Assembly (NCBI RefSeq): GCF_036321535.1
Contig: NC_087449.1
Span: forward strand, 70,432,001-70,496,000
Origin: Camelus dromedarius
Lineage: Eukaryota
Length of the DNA stretch: 64,000 nucleotides
Direction: 5' to 3'
The translations under genes were made by a program, and so were the position numbers. Below, in pieces: positions 21,091 to 33,573 of this stretch (the first letter of the stretch is position 1; each line of letters starts with the position of its first letter). Under the pieces are notes generated by a model that was not told the DNA's origin, ran no database searches, and worked only from the letters and a program-made list of their open reading frames with translations.

Positions 21091-23231
21091 GTGGGTGACC
21101 CAAGCCCCTGGTCCCAGGAGCATGACTTGGAGGAAGGAGGAGGGCAAGGGGTAGGAGAGGGGCAGCAGATGCCAGGCCAGTGTTGGGGGTACAGGTCATG
21201 ACCTTCGACTCCCTGGAGGTCCTGTGCCTCCAGGGGCAGTTGGAGCCCTGGCCCCATTCCACTTGCAGGGGCATCTCTGGCTTCCTTGGCGACTTGGTCT
21301 TCAAGTCTCCTGCCCTGTCCAGGGCTAGGAAGGAGTGGGCCTGAGGATGACCCAGTCGGGGTCCCGGAGACTGGGGCAGGCAGGAGGTGGAAGCGAAGCT
21401 CAGTGTTACCAGCTGTTGCGAGGTCTGGCCTGGCCTGGGTGACGAGGGGCGTCATCCTCCGAGGGCTGGCAGCTCCTGCACATTCTGGGCGATAATCATA
21501 GATTTCCATCTCTTATTGATGACCTCCGAAGGCTCCTGGCAAGCTGTGATCAGGTGAGCCGGGCTGCCATGTGTTAGGCAGTCCTTGCTAACTAACCCAG
21601 GTTCCGTTTGGCCCTGGCTCCGTGGGTCTGTGGTGGCCGAGGCCCCACCCACCAGGACTGGTCACACGCTGGACCAGCTGAGCAGGATGGCAGGCAGGAG
21701 GCCCCAGGAAAAGCCAGAGGTGTGTGAGAGGAGACCTGCCTGCCGCTGTCCCCTCTGGGCTGGTGTGGGGGCACCAGGACCCCCGTGACTCCACGGGGAG
21801 GAAGGACTCTGTGGCCCCTGCTGGTGCAGGGACATGGGTGACGGGGGACGGCAGGGGCTTGGGGTCAGGGACTACCTGTGGGGTTTCCATTCTCAAGGAG
21901 GTCCCTCTGGAGTGGGGGTGAGGCCTGTCCAGTGGCAAGGTGGGGACAGGGACCCATCTCGGCTGACGATCAGGCAGAGGTGTCAACATCTAAGGGAGGG
22001 GAAGTTGGGGAGAAGCGGGTCTGGGGAGGGAGGAGCTATTTTTAGGTGCAAGTCTGAGGTGTCTGTAGATCCCACGTGGAGATGCCACACAGGCAGCGGG
22101 AGCTCGGCACAGACATCGGGAGGCAGTGGGAGCCTGGTGGGTGGAGAGTTGGAGAAGCCAGCAAAGGGGTTCAGGGAGGACGGGAACCAGGCAGGAGGAC
22201 TCCTGGGTAAGCCCTGCGCTTAGAGGCAGGAGGAGGGCCCAGCTGGTGAAGAGTGATTGGGGGGGAGGGGGCACGTGCCTTGGGCACCCAGGGCCGGCAG
22301 CTCCCTCTCCTCGGCTCTTCTGGTGGGAGCAGGTGGCATGGAGCCTAGAGTCGTCCTGGGTACTGGTCTCCTGGGCAGAGCCACCCACCCTGGAATCACT
22401 GGGCCCGGGGGGCTTCCTGGAGGAGGAGAGGATTCAGGCAGGCCTGAGGCTGGAGGGAGGCTTGTGGATAGGGTTCCTTGTGGAGAGGGTTCCGTGTGGC
22501 CCTCAGAGGCGAGTGAAGGCCTGGAGGGTTCAGTGGCCTCAGCCTGGATGGTGGAGGGAGGGGATGCTGAGAGGAATGGCCCAGGCCTGGGTGGGACCAC
22601 GGTCCAGGAGGCCTGGACCACCATCTGTCTCAGGAGCAGCGGATCCGTGTGGGGCACGGTTGAGGGGGGCGCCCCGGCCTCCAGCACAGAGAATTGGGGC
22701 AGGGGAGGTTCCTGCAAGGGATGGAGGAACAGAAGGAAGACCCAAGGCCAGGGCGGGGCTGATGCCACTTGGAATTCCCTGGAGGGGAAGCTGAGGAAAG
22801 GGCGCCAGCAGATGCACCCTGGCCAGCTACTGGACTCCACGCTGACCACTGACCTCGCACACTCCCACCCTCCGGGCAGCCTCCCCGCCTTGTGACCCAG
22901 CAGGGGCGAGTGCGCTGGCCCCTTCCCGACCTCAGCTCCCCACAAGGGCTGCTTCAAAGACCCCAGCAGGCGAACGGGTGCGGCTTACTGCGGGGTCCCC
23001 TCCNNNNNNNNNNNNNNNNNNNNNNNNNNNNNNNNNNNNNNNNNNNNNNNNNNNNNNNNNNNNNNNNNNNNNNNNNNNNNNNNNNNNNNNNNNNNNNNNN
23101 NNNNNNNNNNNNNNNNNNNNNNNNNNNNNNNNNNNNNNNNNNNNNNNNNNNNNNNNNNNNNNNNNNNNNNNNNNNNNNNNNNNNNNNNNNNNNNNNNNNN
23201 NNNNNNNNNNNNNNNNNNNNNNNNNNNNNNN

Positions 23232-23253
23232 TGGAGGGCCGGCCGGCGCTACG
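23232..23253 (+). CDS. TMEM240: TMEM240 exon 3, visible 3' end only (the rest is in N gap 23004-23231)
   Basis: tgg agg gcc ggc cgg cgc tac g encodes WRAGRRY(D), followed by GTGAGT donor; joins exon 4 in frame. Confidence 0.9.
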
Positions 23254-23257
23254 GTGA

Positions 23258-23527
<270 letters not shown>

Positions 23528-24203
23528 GCCGCGCGCAGGACTCGCAGGGCCGCCGGCCATCGCGCCCACGCTCACGGGACTGGACGGCCCGCCCGGGCCA
23601 GGGCGCCCGCGGCCGTCGGGCGCGTCCGGCGGAAGGTGCTGTCTCCTCTTCTTTTTATAAAGGGGGTCGGGGTGGGGCCGGGGCGGGGCCGCGGGGGGCG
23701 GTGGCACCGGAGCCGCGGGTGGGGCCGCGCGTCCGGCACGGGACCGCTTCTGGCGCTTGAAACCCACGGCTTCCTGTGCGTCGGCGTCCGTCTCCTTCTG
23801 CCCGTCTGGTTCCTGGGGTCAGTTCTGCTGGAGGAGCGCGGCCGGGAGTAGGGCACGGCCGGGATGGGGGCCGGACCCGGGCGCGCCCACGTCTGCACAC
23901 GGGAGCACGTGCATGGGACGTGTGCGTCCGCGGGCCGCAGTGGGGGGCGCGGGGTACGGGTCTAGGGGAGGCCCCGGCCCAGCAATAAGGCCCCCAAGCC
24001 CTGCTGTGGCAGGTGCGGCCACCCTGCCCAGGGTATCCCTGGTCGGGCGCCTCACTGTGACCCCCACCCCTGCTGGTCAGTAAATTCTCCAGAAAGCTCC
24101 AGCCTCTTTGCCTTTTCTTTCATCTCTGACTCCGTGACCCCCTCCAAGACCCACCCCCTACACCAGCCAAGAGATAAGACGCTGGGAAATAACTGTCAAA
24201 GGT

Positions 24204-24209
24204 TTTATT
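24204..24209 (-). terminator. ATAD3A: ATAD3A candidate polyadenylation signal (AATAAA on - strand)
   Basis: tttatt on the + strand, about 700 nt downstream of the ATAD3A stop codon. Confidence 0.7.
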
Positions 24210-24906
24210 AGATTCTGGATAAAAAGACCCCGACTCCAGAGTGAGCTGCGGCTTCTGCGGGCTGGGCAGTCCCCCAGCACTGGACGTCCGTGGCAGTGGG
24301 TCTCAGGACTCAAGAATGGCCCCCAGCAGGTGCCGTGGGCCTGTTCTCAGCCCCTAGGTTCACTGGCCCACAGACATGAGGGGCACCTCCTTTCCCAGGA
24401 CAGTGATAGGCGGGCATTTCTATTGGGCTTCACAGGGGCCAGCTCTGCTCACTGCATGCAGTTCTGGTCCCAAGTGGGACTGGGCAGGGCCAGGCCCCCC
24501 ACTTGGCCGGATCGCTATTGCTGGTCAACCGCAGCACCCAGTGCCTGCCTGGGAATATGAGCTGTCAGCCTGGGCGTGGGGGGCAGTGCCCTCTTCCCAC
24601 CTGGGCCTGGCTTGCAGACATCTCCCAACAGTGTCCTGGGGCTGGCCCCAACCTGTCCCTCCCCTTCCAGCACCACAGCCTGGAGGGCGGCAGACTGGGG
24701 AACCAACCCCACCACAAAGATGCACAGCACAGCTGGTCCTGAGCGGAGGCCTCTAGTGCTGCCCTTGCCCTGACCGGAGGAAGATTAAAAATGCTGGGAG
24801 GTGGGCAGCTGTGCGGTGCCCCCACATCCTCTGGGAGACAGGGCACCTGGGTGTTTCCTCTTGGCAATGTCACCTGGCCAGTGTGCCCCAGGTGTCCAGG
24901 CCCAGC

Positions 24907-25056
24907 TCACTTGGATGGTACACTTGGGAGCGGGGGCTGGACCCCCTCGGCCCTCAGCCACTGCATCTTCTGCTTGTGCTGCTGGATGGCATCCTGGACC
25001 CGGGCATCCATCATGGCCTCAGTGAGGACCCCATCCTCAGAAGCATATGCCATGGC
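24907..25056 (-). CDS. ATAD3A: ATAD3A exon 16, last coding exon
   Basis: [49 protein letters not shown]; TGA at 24909-24907. Confidence 0.95.
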   Translation of the reverse strand, partial: AMAYASEDGVLTEAMMDARVQDAIQQHKQKMQWLRAEGVQPPLPSVPSK

Positions 25057-26179
25057 CTGGCAGGAAAAGGAGAGCACTGAGGCAGGGCGCGGGGTGGGGA
25101 GGGGGGCTGCCCGCAGCGGGGCCAGGCCTCAGCCACTGGTTCCAGGAACCACCCGCCAAGTAGTCCAGGGCCAGCCCCAGGAAAGGCAGCCTGGACGGCC
25201 CCACTGTCACTGCAACCTGCCCCCCACCCCACCTTGGAGATGTGGGACAGGGGCAGGTTGGGGCCAAGCCTGGGATGCCCCCTGGGCCAGCGCTCAGCCA
25301 AAGGGGCCTGGCCTCTCAGAACATGCAGGCCAACGTGCCAACGGCACAGGCCTGGCATCCCCGTGCGTGCAGGATGCCCTCACACGTGTGCTTACAGGTC
25401 AACCTGCAGCCAAGAGCGGCCACCCTCCCTGCAATGCCCGCGCCCCCAGCTGGCACCAGTGCTGCCTGCTCCACCAAGTTTCTCAAAGACTTTCTAAAAA
25501 TAGAAAGCTGGAGACCCGCTGTCAGGAAGCAGCCCAGCCCCCCAACTGAAGACCTGGAGAGCCCTGCTCTGGGGTGGGGGCGCAGACAGTAGCACTACCA
25601 CGGGCCAGTCAGCGAAGGGAGGGCAGGACCCCCAGCAATCTCGATGGTGTCAGGGGCCCCAACAGGCCAAGCTGACCCCGAATGCTGAGCACCCGTAGTC
25701 CACCAGGACCTGCCCCTCACCAGCCCTACCATCTGCAAACAGTCTTCCCAGAACTGTGGGCTCCTGACAGCCCACTGCTCAACATGCCCAGTGCCCGGGG
25801 CTCCCAGCTGTGGCGTGTGGGTGGGGGAACCACAGTTTTGCTGACTAGGCCCTGGTGTGGTCCACAGCACTTCAGCTGCTGGCAGGTCACCTCTGGCAGG
25901 CTGCACTCCTCCCAGATGGCCCCATGCCCCACCTGCTGCCTGTCACCCAGCCTGGGGCTCTAACATGTGCCTGCAAAGCAGGGGCCCAAGCCAGTCCCGT
26001 CTCTCTCCAGCTACCTGAGTGGCCTCTGACCACATGGGGCACTGTGCACAAGCCCCCACCATCTGCAATGACCAGTCACTCTGCTCACCCAGGCTGGTTC
26101 ACCCTGGGGACACAGCTGTCCTCGGCACCCCGCTGAGGCCAAGGATAAAGAAGGCCTCTCAGAACACACAAGCCAACGT

Positions 26180-26280
26180 GCATCTTCCCTCGAGGAGCAT
26201 CCTCCCTCGAGGAGCATCCTCCCTCGAGGAGCATCCTCCCCTGAGGGGCATCCCCCCTCGAGGAGCATCCCCCCTCGAGC
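26180..26280. repeat. 17-bp minisatellite, about 6 copies (GCATCCTCCCTCGAGGA), in ATAD3A intron 15
   Basis: Units start at 26180, 26197, 26214, 26231, 26248 and 26265, with no spacers. Confidence 0.95.
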
Positions 26281-26769
26281 TGGCTGCTGCCCCTGCAAAG
26301 CTCTGCAAAGCAGCAGAGGCGGCAAGGTGGGTGGGGACCCCGAGGGCCCTGTGAGCAGGGTCTGGAGGCAGAGGTGGGGGAGGGCATGCAGCTGCCCTTG
26401 TGGAACCATGGAGCATCTGAGCAGATGTGTCTGCCCAAGAGGGGCTGGACCTCGGGACGCACTTCCGAATAAACGAGGAAAGGGGGAAAACTGACTTCCA
26501 TGGAGAGGCCTGGTGAAGCAGCCAGGGCCAACAGCCCTGTGATGTCGAGTGGGCATCAGGTGCCCCCGATGCGGTGACCAGAAGGACACCTCACCTCTGG
26601 GGTCTCCACTCAAAACCCACATCCCAGTCTAGTCATGAGAAAGGTATTAGACAAACCCAGTGAGGGACCTTCTACAGCATCCTCACCACTGCTGCGGCCA
26701 TTGAGAACAAGGGGCGTCGGGGACCCGTCCTTCCCAGCAGGCCAGAGACGTGACTGAATGTCGCGGGGC

Positions 26770-26915
26770 ATTGCAAGGGGGACTCTGGGTGACACCAGGT
26801 CCTAGGGGAGTCAAGGGCTGTGGTGAGTCACCACAACGTGGAAGGGACTCTATGCCAGCCTTGCAACTTCTCTGTGAACCTGAAATTATTCAAAAGGTTA
26901 AAAGTTCACTTAAAA
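26770..26915 (+). mobile_element. Old L1 (L1MC/L1ME-like) 3' end fragment
   Basis: gggactctatgccagccttgcaacttctctgtgaacctgaaattattcaaaagg...aaaaaaaa resembles the 3' terminus of old mammalian L1. Confidence 0.55.
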
Positions 26916-26919
26916 AAAA

Positions 26920-29640
26920 GGCAAGTCCTGGACTTGATGGTCACGGGTGAATTCTGCCAAATGCTTAAAGGAGAACTAACACCAATCCCTCCAGAACTCT
27001 TCCAAACACTGAAGAGGAAGGAACACTTCCTAACTCGTTCTGAGGCCAGCATCACCCTGACACGAAAACCAGACAAGACACCACACGAGAACTACAGACC
27101 CAGGCCCTCTGTGAACACTGATGTAAAACCCTCAACAAAACACGAGCAAACCAAACTCAGCAGCGTATTGAAAGGATTATACACCACAACCAAGTGGGAT
27201 TTATTCCTGGGATGGCAGGATGGTTGACCTAGGGAAATCCACCAATGTGATTAATATAGCATGTTAACAATACGGAGAGCAGAAACCACAGATCCTCTCA
27301 ACCGATGCCAAAAACACATTCGGCAAAATCCAACACCCTTTCTTGATGAAAACACTGGATAAACTAGGAATGGAAGGAAATTTCCTCAACCTGATAAAGA
27401 CCATATAAGAAAAACCCACGGCAAAACATCATTGCAGTGATGAGAGACTGAAAGCTTTTCCTCTAAGATCAGGAACAAGGCAAGGATGCCTGCTTTCACG
27501 ACTTTTAGTCAGAACAGCACTAGAAGCTGTAGACACAGCCATCAGGCAAGAACAAGGAATAAAAAACATCCAAATTAGAAAGAAAGAGGTAAAATTATCT
27601 GTTTGCAGATGACATGATCTTATATGTAGTAAATCCTAAAGACTTCCCCCCAAAAAACTGTTAAAAGTAATAAATTCAGCAAAGTTGCTGGACAGAAAAT
27701 TAACACTCAAAAACCCTTTGATTCTCTATATAGCAATGATGCACAATCTGGAAAGGAAATTCCATTTACAACAGCATCACAAAGAATCAAATACTCAGAA
27801 GCGAACTTCCCCAAGGAGGTGAGAGCCCTGCACACTGAAAACTAGTGTTTTCAGAAAATGTCAGTGAAGTTAAAGACACTGAAAACACAGAAGGGCATCT
27901 GCTCAGGCATTAGAAGACAGTACTGTTGGGACATCAGTACTGCCCAAAGCAGTCTATAGATTCAGTGCCATTCCTATCACAATTTCAGTGTTTTTGCTGT
28001 GCAACAGAAATTGACACACTGTAAAGTGACTATACTTCAATTTAAAAGAAAGAAAAAAATCCACTCTAAAATTCACATGCAATCTCAAGGGACCTCACAC
28101 AGCCAAAACGGTCTTGAATAAGAACATGTTGGAGGATTCACACTCCCTGATATTGTTTTATTTTTTTAATTTATTTTTTACTTACTTCTTTTGGGGGAAG
28201 TAATCAGGTTTGTAGGTTTTTTTAAATTGTTTTTTTAATGATGTACTGGGGATTGAACCCAGGACCTCGTGCGTGCTAAGCATGCACTCTACCACTGAGC
28301 TATACCCTCCCCCACACTCTCTGATTTTAAAAGCTACTACAAAGCTGCAGTGATCAAAACAGTGTGGTGGCGGCATTAAGACAGACAGATCAACAGAATA
28401 GAATAGAAAGCTCAGAAATAAACCCTCACATGTGTGGTCCATTGATTTCCAGCAAGGGTGCCAAGACCATTCAGGGGGTGAAAGGAGTCTTTTCAACAAA
28501 TGGTGCTGCGAAAACGGGATATCCACACACAGAAGAACCAAGCTGCACTCCTACCTTACTTTACACACAAAAATTAACTCAATGATCAGAGACCTAAACA
28601 TTGGGCCCCAAACTACAAAACTAGTAGGAAAAAACATGGGGGAGAAGCTCCCAGACACTGAACTGAGCAGTAACCTCCTGGCTATGCCACTAAAAGCGCA
28701 GGTGACAAAAGGAAAGTAAACTGGACTTCATCAAAATTAAAAATTTTCGTGCTTCAAAGGACACTATCTGCAGAGCTGAAAGGCAACCACACGATGGGAG
28801 AAGGTATTTGCAAATTACGTGTCTGATAAAAGGTTAACATCCAGAATATATAAACAATCCCTACAATTCAAAAAACCCTAAACAACCCAATTCAAAAGGG
28901 ACCAAGGACTTGAACAGACCCCCCCCCTCCGAAGACGACACACAGGACCCTTACGCACACGAGGTGCTCAGCACCACTGACCACCAGGGAAGCAAACCCG
29001 CAGCGCAGTGAGACTCCACCGTGCGCCCGTCGGGGTGGCCACTATCGAAAACCAGAACAGCAAGCGCTGGCGGGGACGCGGGGGCTGGGAGCTGGGGCGC
29101 AGCTGCCGTGGATGACGGTGTGGAGGCTCCTCAAGAAACTGACCACAGAATGACCACATGAGCCCCCAACTCTGCTCGAGTGTTTGCACCCAGCAGAACT
29201 GGAAGCAGGGCCTGGAAGAGAGCTCTGTGCACCCACAGTCATAGTAGCACCACTCACAACAGCTGGGTGAGGCAGCAGCAGCTGAGTGTCCCTCTGCGGA
29301 CAGCCAGGTGACCGCGGAGCACCCCTGCACTCCGGGGGATCAGGCAGCCCCGACAAGGAAGGAGACTGACACCTGGCACACGGTGGTGGACCTCGAGGAT
29401 GCGGCGCTCAGTGAAACAGGCCAATTATCAACATCATACAAACGTGCACGACTCCTCATCGGGGCCCTGGACAGGAAGCAGGAGGGGCTGGGGAGTTGTG
29501 TTTCACGGAGACAGAGTTTCAGTTTGGGGAGATGAGAAGGTTCTGGAGATGGATAGTGGTGACAGCTCACAACATGAATGTGCTGAATGCCCCTGAGCTG
29601 TGCCCTTAAAAATGGCTGAAATGGTGAATTCTATGTTTAA
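26920..29640 (+). mobile_element. 5'-truncated, decayed L1M LINE (ORF2 reverse-transcriptase region through 3' UTR), antisense to ATAD3A
   Basis: Typical ORF2 segments (ggtgaattctgccaaatg, caagtgggatttattcctgggatg, gcagatgacatgatcttata = ADDM motif, aaagctacagt-like) and an L1M-type 3' UTR (gagtttcagtttggggagatgagaaggttctggagatggatagtggtga); many stops and frameshifts. Confidence 0.9.
28152..28312 (-). mobile_element. tRNA-derived SINE, Vic-1-like (camelid), inserted into the L1
   Basis: Minus strand reads GGGGAGGGTATAGCTCAGTGGTAGAGTGCATGCTTAGCACGCACGAGGTCCTGGGTTCAATCCCCAG (A and B boxes) with an A-rich tail; 13-bp TSD cacactc(c/t)ctgat at 28139-28151 and 28313-28325. Confidence 0.9.
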
Positions 29641-30031
29641 AAAAAAGCAGTAAGTCCCGCGACAGGTGACTCCAGATGGTAAGAAGCATGAACTGCACTA
29701 GCAAGACCATCTCACGGGGGTGGCAGCCGCACTGGGTCCATGCGACACTGGCAGGGCGGGCTTCGGGAGGAGGAGCATGGTTGTCACGGGCCGTCCAGCC
29801 CAGGGGGACAGGCAGGTGGGCAGAAGCGGCCACAGCAGCCCAGCCCTGTGCACCTGGGGCCACAAAGGAAGACACCCCACCACATTCTGTCCAAGGTGGT
29901 GGAACCCCTGACATTTTGGCTCCTTCCATGAGCAGGGAGGAGACAGGCCTCAGGCGGAGCTGACCAATAGTGACTGGATACACGCTGGTGTCAGGACCAG
30001 AACCCAGGGAGAGCACCCACCGCCTCCAACC

Positions 30032-30328
30032 ACTGGGACTGAATGCCTGTGTCTCCCTTGAACTCATGCGGAAGCCCTGTCTCCTGCAGGGCTGGATCTG
30101 GAGATGAGGCCTGAGAAAGTTATCAAGGTTGGAAGAGGTCATAAGGGTGGATCCCTGATCCTACAGGACCAGTGTCCTCATAAGAAGATACACCAGAGAG
30201 CTTTCATCGGACCCCCCGCCACCCATCTTGATCTGGAACATCCAGCCCCCACAGAACTGCAGGGAATAAACATCTGTTTAAGCTGCTGGCTGTGGCATTT
30301 TGTTACAGCACCCACGCTGACTTAGACA
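30032..30328 (+). mobile_element. MaLR LTR remnant (MLT1-like)
   Basis: ggactgaatgcctgtgtc start, ggtcataagggtggatccctgatcc...gtcctcataagaag core, aataaacatctgtttaagc and a ttgttacagca...gacttagaca end typical of MLT1. Confidence 0.75.
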
Positions 30329-31384
30329 TCCTGTTGACCACTTTGTTGGTTGTGGAAACAGAGCCAAACTTGGGAGTTCCTTGTGAGGCCCGCCTGGAGC
30401 AGAACCCCCAGCTGACCCACATTGGGGCAGAGCTTCCGACCTGGGACTGACTATTACAGCAGCAGAACCCAGCTCTTTCTAACATGGTCCCCCTAAGTAA
30501 CTGGGCTGCGACATTCAAACCCAGGCAGATGTCTGCTTAGTTTATAAAGTACACACTCATCCCAAATGGACAACGGCCGAGTTGTCACGTGGCGACAGAT
30601 ACAAATCACCCAGCAACAACCCCGGAGAAACTCGATCTCAGTGGCTGCACCCAAGGCTCCTGGGGGTCAACTAGCATCCCTGGAACTTCTGCTGGACGTT
30701 TCAGATGAAAAACCGGGTGTTAGGACACCAAGGGCCACTTAGTCTGTGTGCCTTGAGCCACTCCCACAGTCCAGCCACCCGGGGGACTCAGAAAACCTGC
30801 ACTAAAAGCCAGGACACCCGAGGGCACTCACGCACCAGCAGACAATCCCAAAACCCATGGTCTCCCTCTGTGTGAAGCCGGGGAAGAGGTGTCTGACCCC
30901 TCACGCCAGCCAGTCCAGGCTCCTCACGTCCTGAGCCTTCCGATGAGCCCACAGGCAGCTCCTGGGATGCTCCACGCCTGACCCAGCTGTGTCCCCCGTG
31001 CTTTCTACCTCTGCAGTCGCCTGTGCCAACTGCCCTGGGCCCCAGCGTGGGACAAAGTCCAGTGGTTCCTGAGACACTGAGCTCGGGCTGGTGGGACCTG
31101 GATGACCACGTGACATGCTGCTGATTTCAGAGCCCCATCTGACTTGGACCAGAACGACAGCAAGGACCACAATATGTGAAACCACAGGCAGCCCTGGCCC
31201 GTCTTCCCGTGGTGGGGGTGGAGGGAGTGGCTGGGGCAGGAAAGCAGGACACCGCGTCACACCTGCGTGCAAAGAACCCTTCACCACAAACCCTCGGGGA
31301 GGCAGGGGCCCGGCCAGCCGCCTTCCGACCCTGGGGTCTCCGGATCGGCCGGGCTCTGGCCTGGGGGGCACGCCTCCAACTTAC

Positions 31385-31493
31385 CTGCCACGCCACGGCA
31401 AGCTGGGAGATCTCCCGGCCCGACATGCCCTCGGTCAGGCGTGCAATCTCTGAGCACTTCTTCCCATAATCAAACTGGGCCAGCTTCAAGCGC
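31385..31493 (-). CDS. ATAD3A: ATAD3A exon 15
   Basis: [36 protein letters not shown]. Confidence 0.96.
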
Positions 31494-32487
31494 CTGGTGA
31501 GGAGTTTCCGAGTGATTCCCGAGCACCCGCAGGAGAGAGACCCAGGTCCGTGGCACCCGTGGCTCCCCTCAGACGGAGGGCAGGGGCGTCTGCCAGGCAG
31601 GGGCCTGCGCCGGGAACCCTGGCATCCAGTGTGTGGTGGGTCTGGCTGCTCCACCCTCCTGTCCCTTTGGGCACCTACCTTCCTCCTAGAGCTGGGGTAG
31701 GGCCTGGGCAGGGGCCATGTGAGGATGGAGGCACCTGACCTGCCCCAGGGCAGCTGTGGGGCTGCTCAGGATGGGTGAGCGTAGGGTGCCCTGGAGCCGT
31801 ATACCCGGCCCCACCACCCGCCCCATCAAATCCCCACCATGTCCCCTCGCTCCACACCCCACCCAGCACTCACACAGCCCAGCAGCCTGAACCTCAGTTC
31901 CCACCTCCACACACACCCCTTCCCGTCAGGCCTGGCTGAGGCCCCAGAGATGCCACTCAAACTCTAGTAAAAGCCCTAAGAACCTCAGACGGTACAGTGT
32001 CTAGACCATCGGGAGGTAGGGGCAGGCTGGCGAAGTCCGCCTCAGAGTGGAGGGCGGTGTGGCAGCGACAGGAGGGATTCAGGTCAGCGGGGCTGAGCTG
32101 GGCCCCAGGGAGGCTCAGAATAGAGCAGCCCTTGCCTATCTGGAGCACACCCAGGTGCCCAGGAGCCTGGATGCAGGGTGGAGGGCTCCCTCCCTATGCA
32201 GCCAGGGCCTCGCCCTGTGCTGGTGAGTGGCCCCGCTTCCGAGTCAGGGTCAGCTGTGGGCCCTGCCACCAAGACGGCCACAACCGCCCCAGAGTGAGGC
32301 TCACCACCCTCACAACCCAGAACCAGGCGGCGGCTTGGACCTGAGTGTCTGGAAGAGCAGGACGAGGCTTGGGGGCCAAGGGAATGACAGGATGGGGAGG
32401 CCCGGGTCAGGATCGGGGTTGGGCGCCCAGGTGGGAGGAACCCAGCGTGCTGGGGCGGGGCGTGACCATGGCCGGCGGGGACACTTA

Positions 32488-32721
<234 letters not shown>

Positions 32722-33502
32722 TTAACCCTAAAAACCCCACAAAGACCCCACGTTGCCCTGGGCTGCACACCCTTTCCCGTCTTGCCCCAATTTCATGCTT
32801 CTCCCTGACCGATGGCGAAGCCTGACGGGATGGCCACGTAAGCCCCCTGTGTGCAGAAGGGACGGGGACCCTGGGACCTGGGTCTGAGACAGACCCCTGC
32901 CTACCCCTCACCATGGAGAGGAGGGATCACGGGGCCTGAGGCTCAGCAGAGCAGAGGCGCCAACTCAGCAGGAACCTACTCATGCCCTGGGGGTCTCAGT
33001 GGCTGTGGGGTCCCCACCAGCAGTGGGTCAGGCTGTGGCGTCCAGCATGGTGGCCGTATAGCTGGCTGGCAGGGCTGGACACCACCTCAGGGACCAGCAG
33101 GGCCTTGCCAACGCAGAGGAGCAAGACTAGGGTGTTCAGAAGGACCACCTGTGCCCTGGGACCCCTGGTCGTGGAGTGACCCTATGACAGCCCATTTCAG
33201 GGACAGTGGGAGATGCCAAGGGCCTGAAGTCAGGGGCAGTGGCCCGGAGACAAACATGTGCCACTTGGCACTGCTTCAGAGACCAGTGCAGCTTCTCAGT
33301 GGCTCCCATAAACGCCCCACGGTCCCCGACTGGCCATCCCACTGCATGGGCGGAAGACGTGGGGATGTCCACCCACGCGGGTCAGGAGTGGGCCTGCTCT
33401 GCTCCCTGGCAGCCGCCCAGGGGCAGCAGGGCCCATGTGAAAGGCTGCCATGAGGACCACACGGTGGTACCGGAAAGGGGCCTGCACATGGGCTCTCCTC
33501 AC

Positions 33503-33573
33503 TTGCTGCTATGTTGGCCCGTCCGGTGCAGGAAGGCGTTCAGGGTGGCCCTGAGATCCTCGCTTATCTTCTC
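33503..33573 (-). CDS. ATAD3A: ATAD3A exon 13
   Basis: EKISEDLRATLNAFLHRTGQHSS(K). Confidence 0.96.

Noticed and set aside
24791-25549. Long ORFs antisense to real exons (also 52022-53116, 59123-59989, 60249-60998, 48486-49148)
   Set aside because: Shadow ORFs of GC-rich coding exons on the opposite strand.
26180-26280. Palindromic direct repeats superficially like a CRISPR array
   Set aside because: No spacers, 17-bp period, eukaryotic intron, no cas genes.
28240-28312. tRNA-like sequence (also 40955-41030)
   Set aside because: These are SINE heads with A-rich tails and target-site duplications, not tRNA genes.
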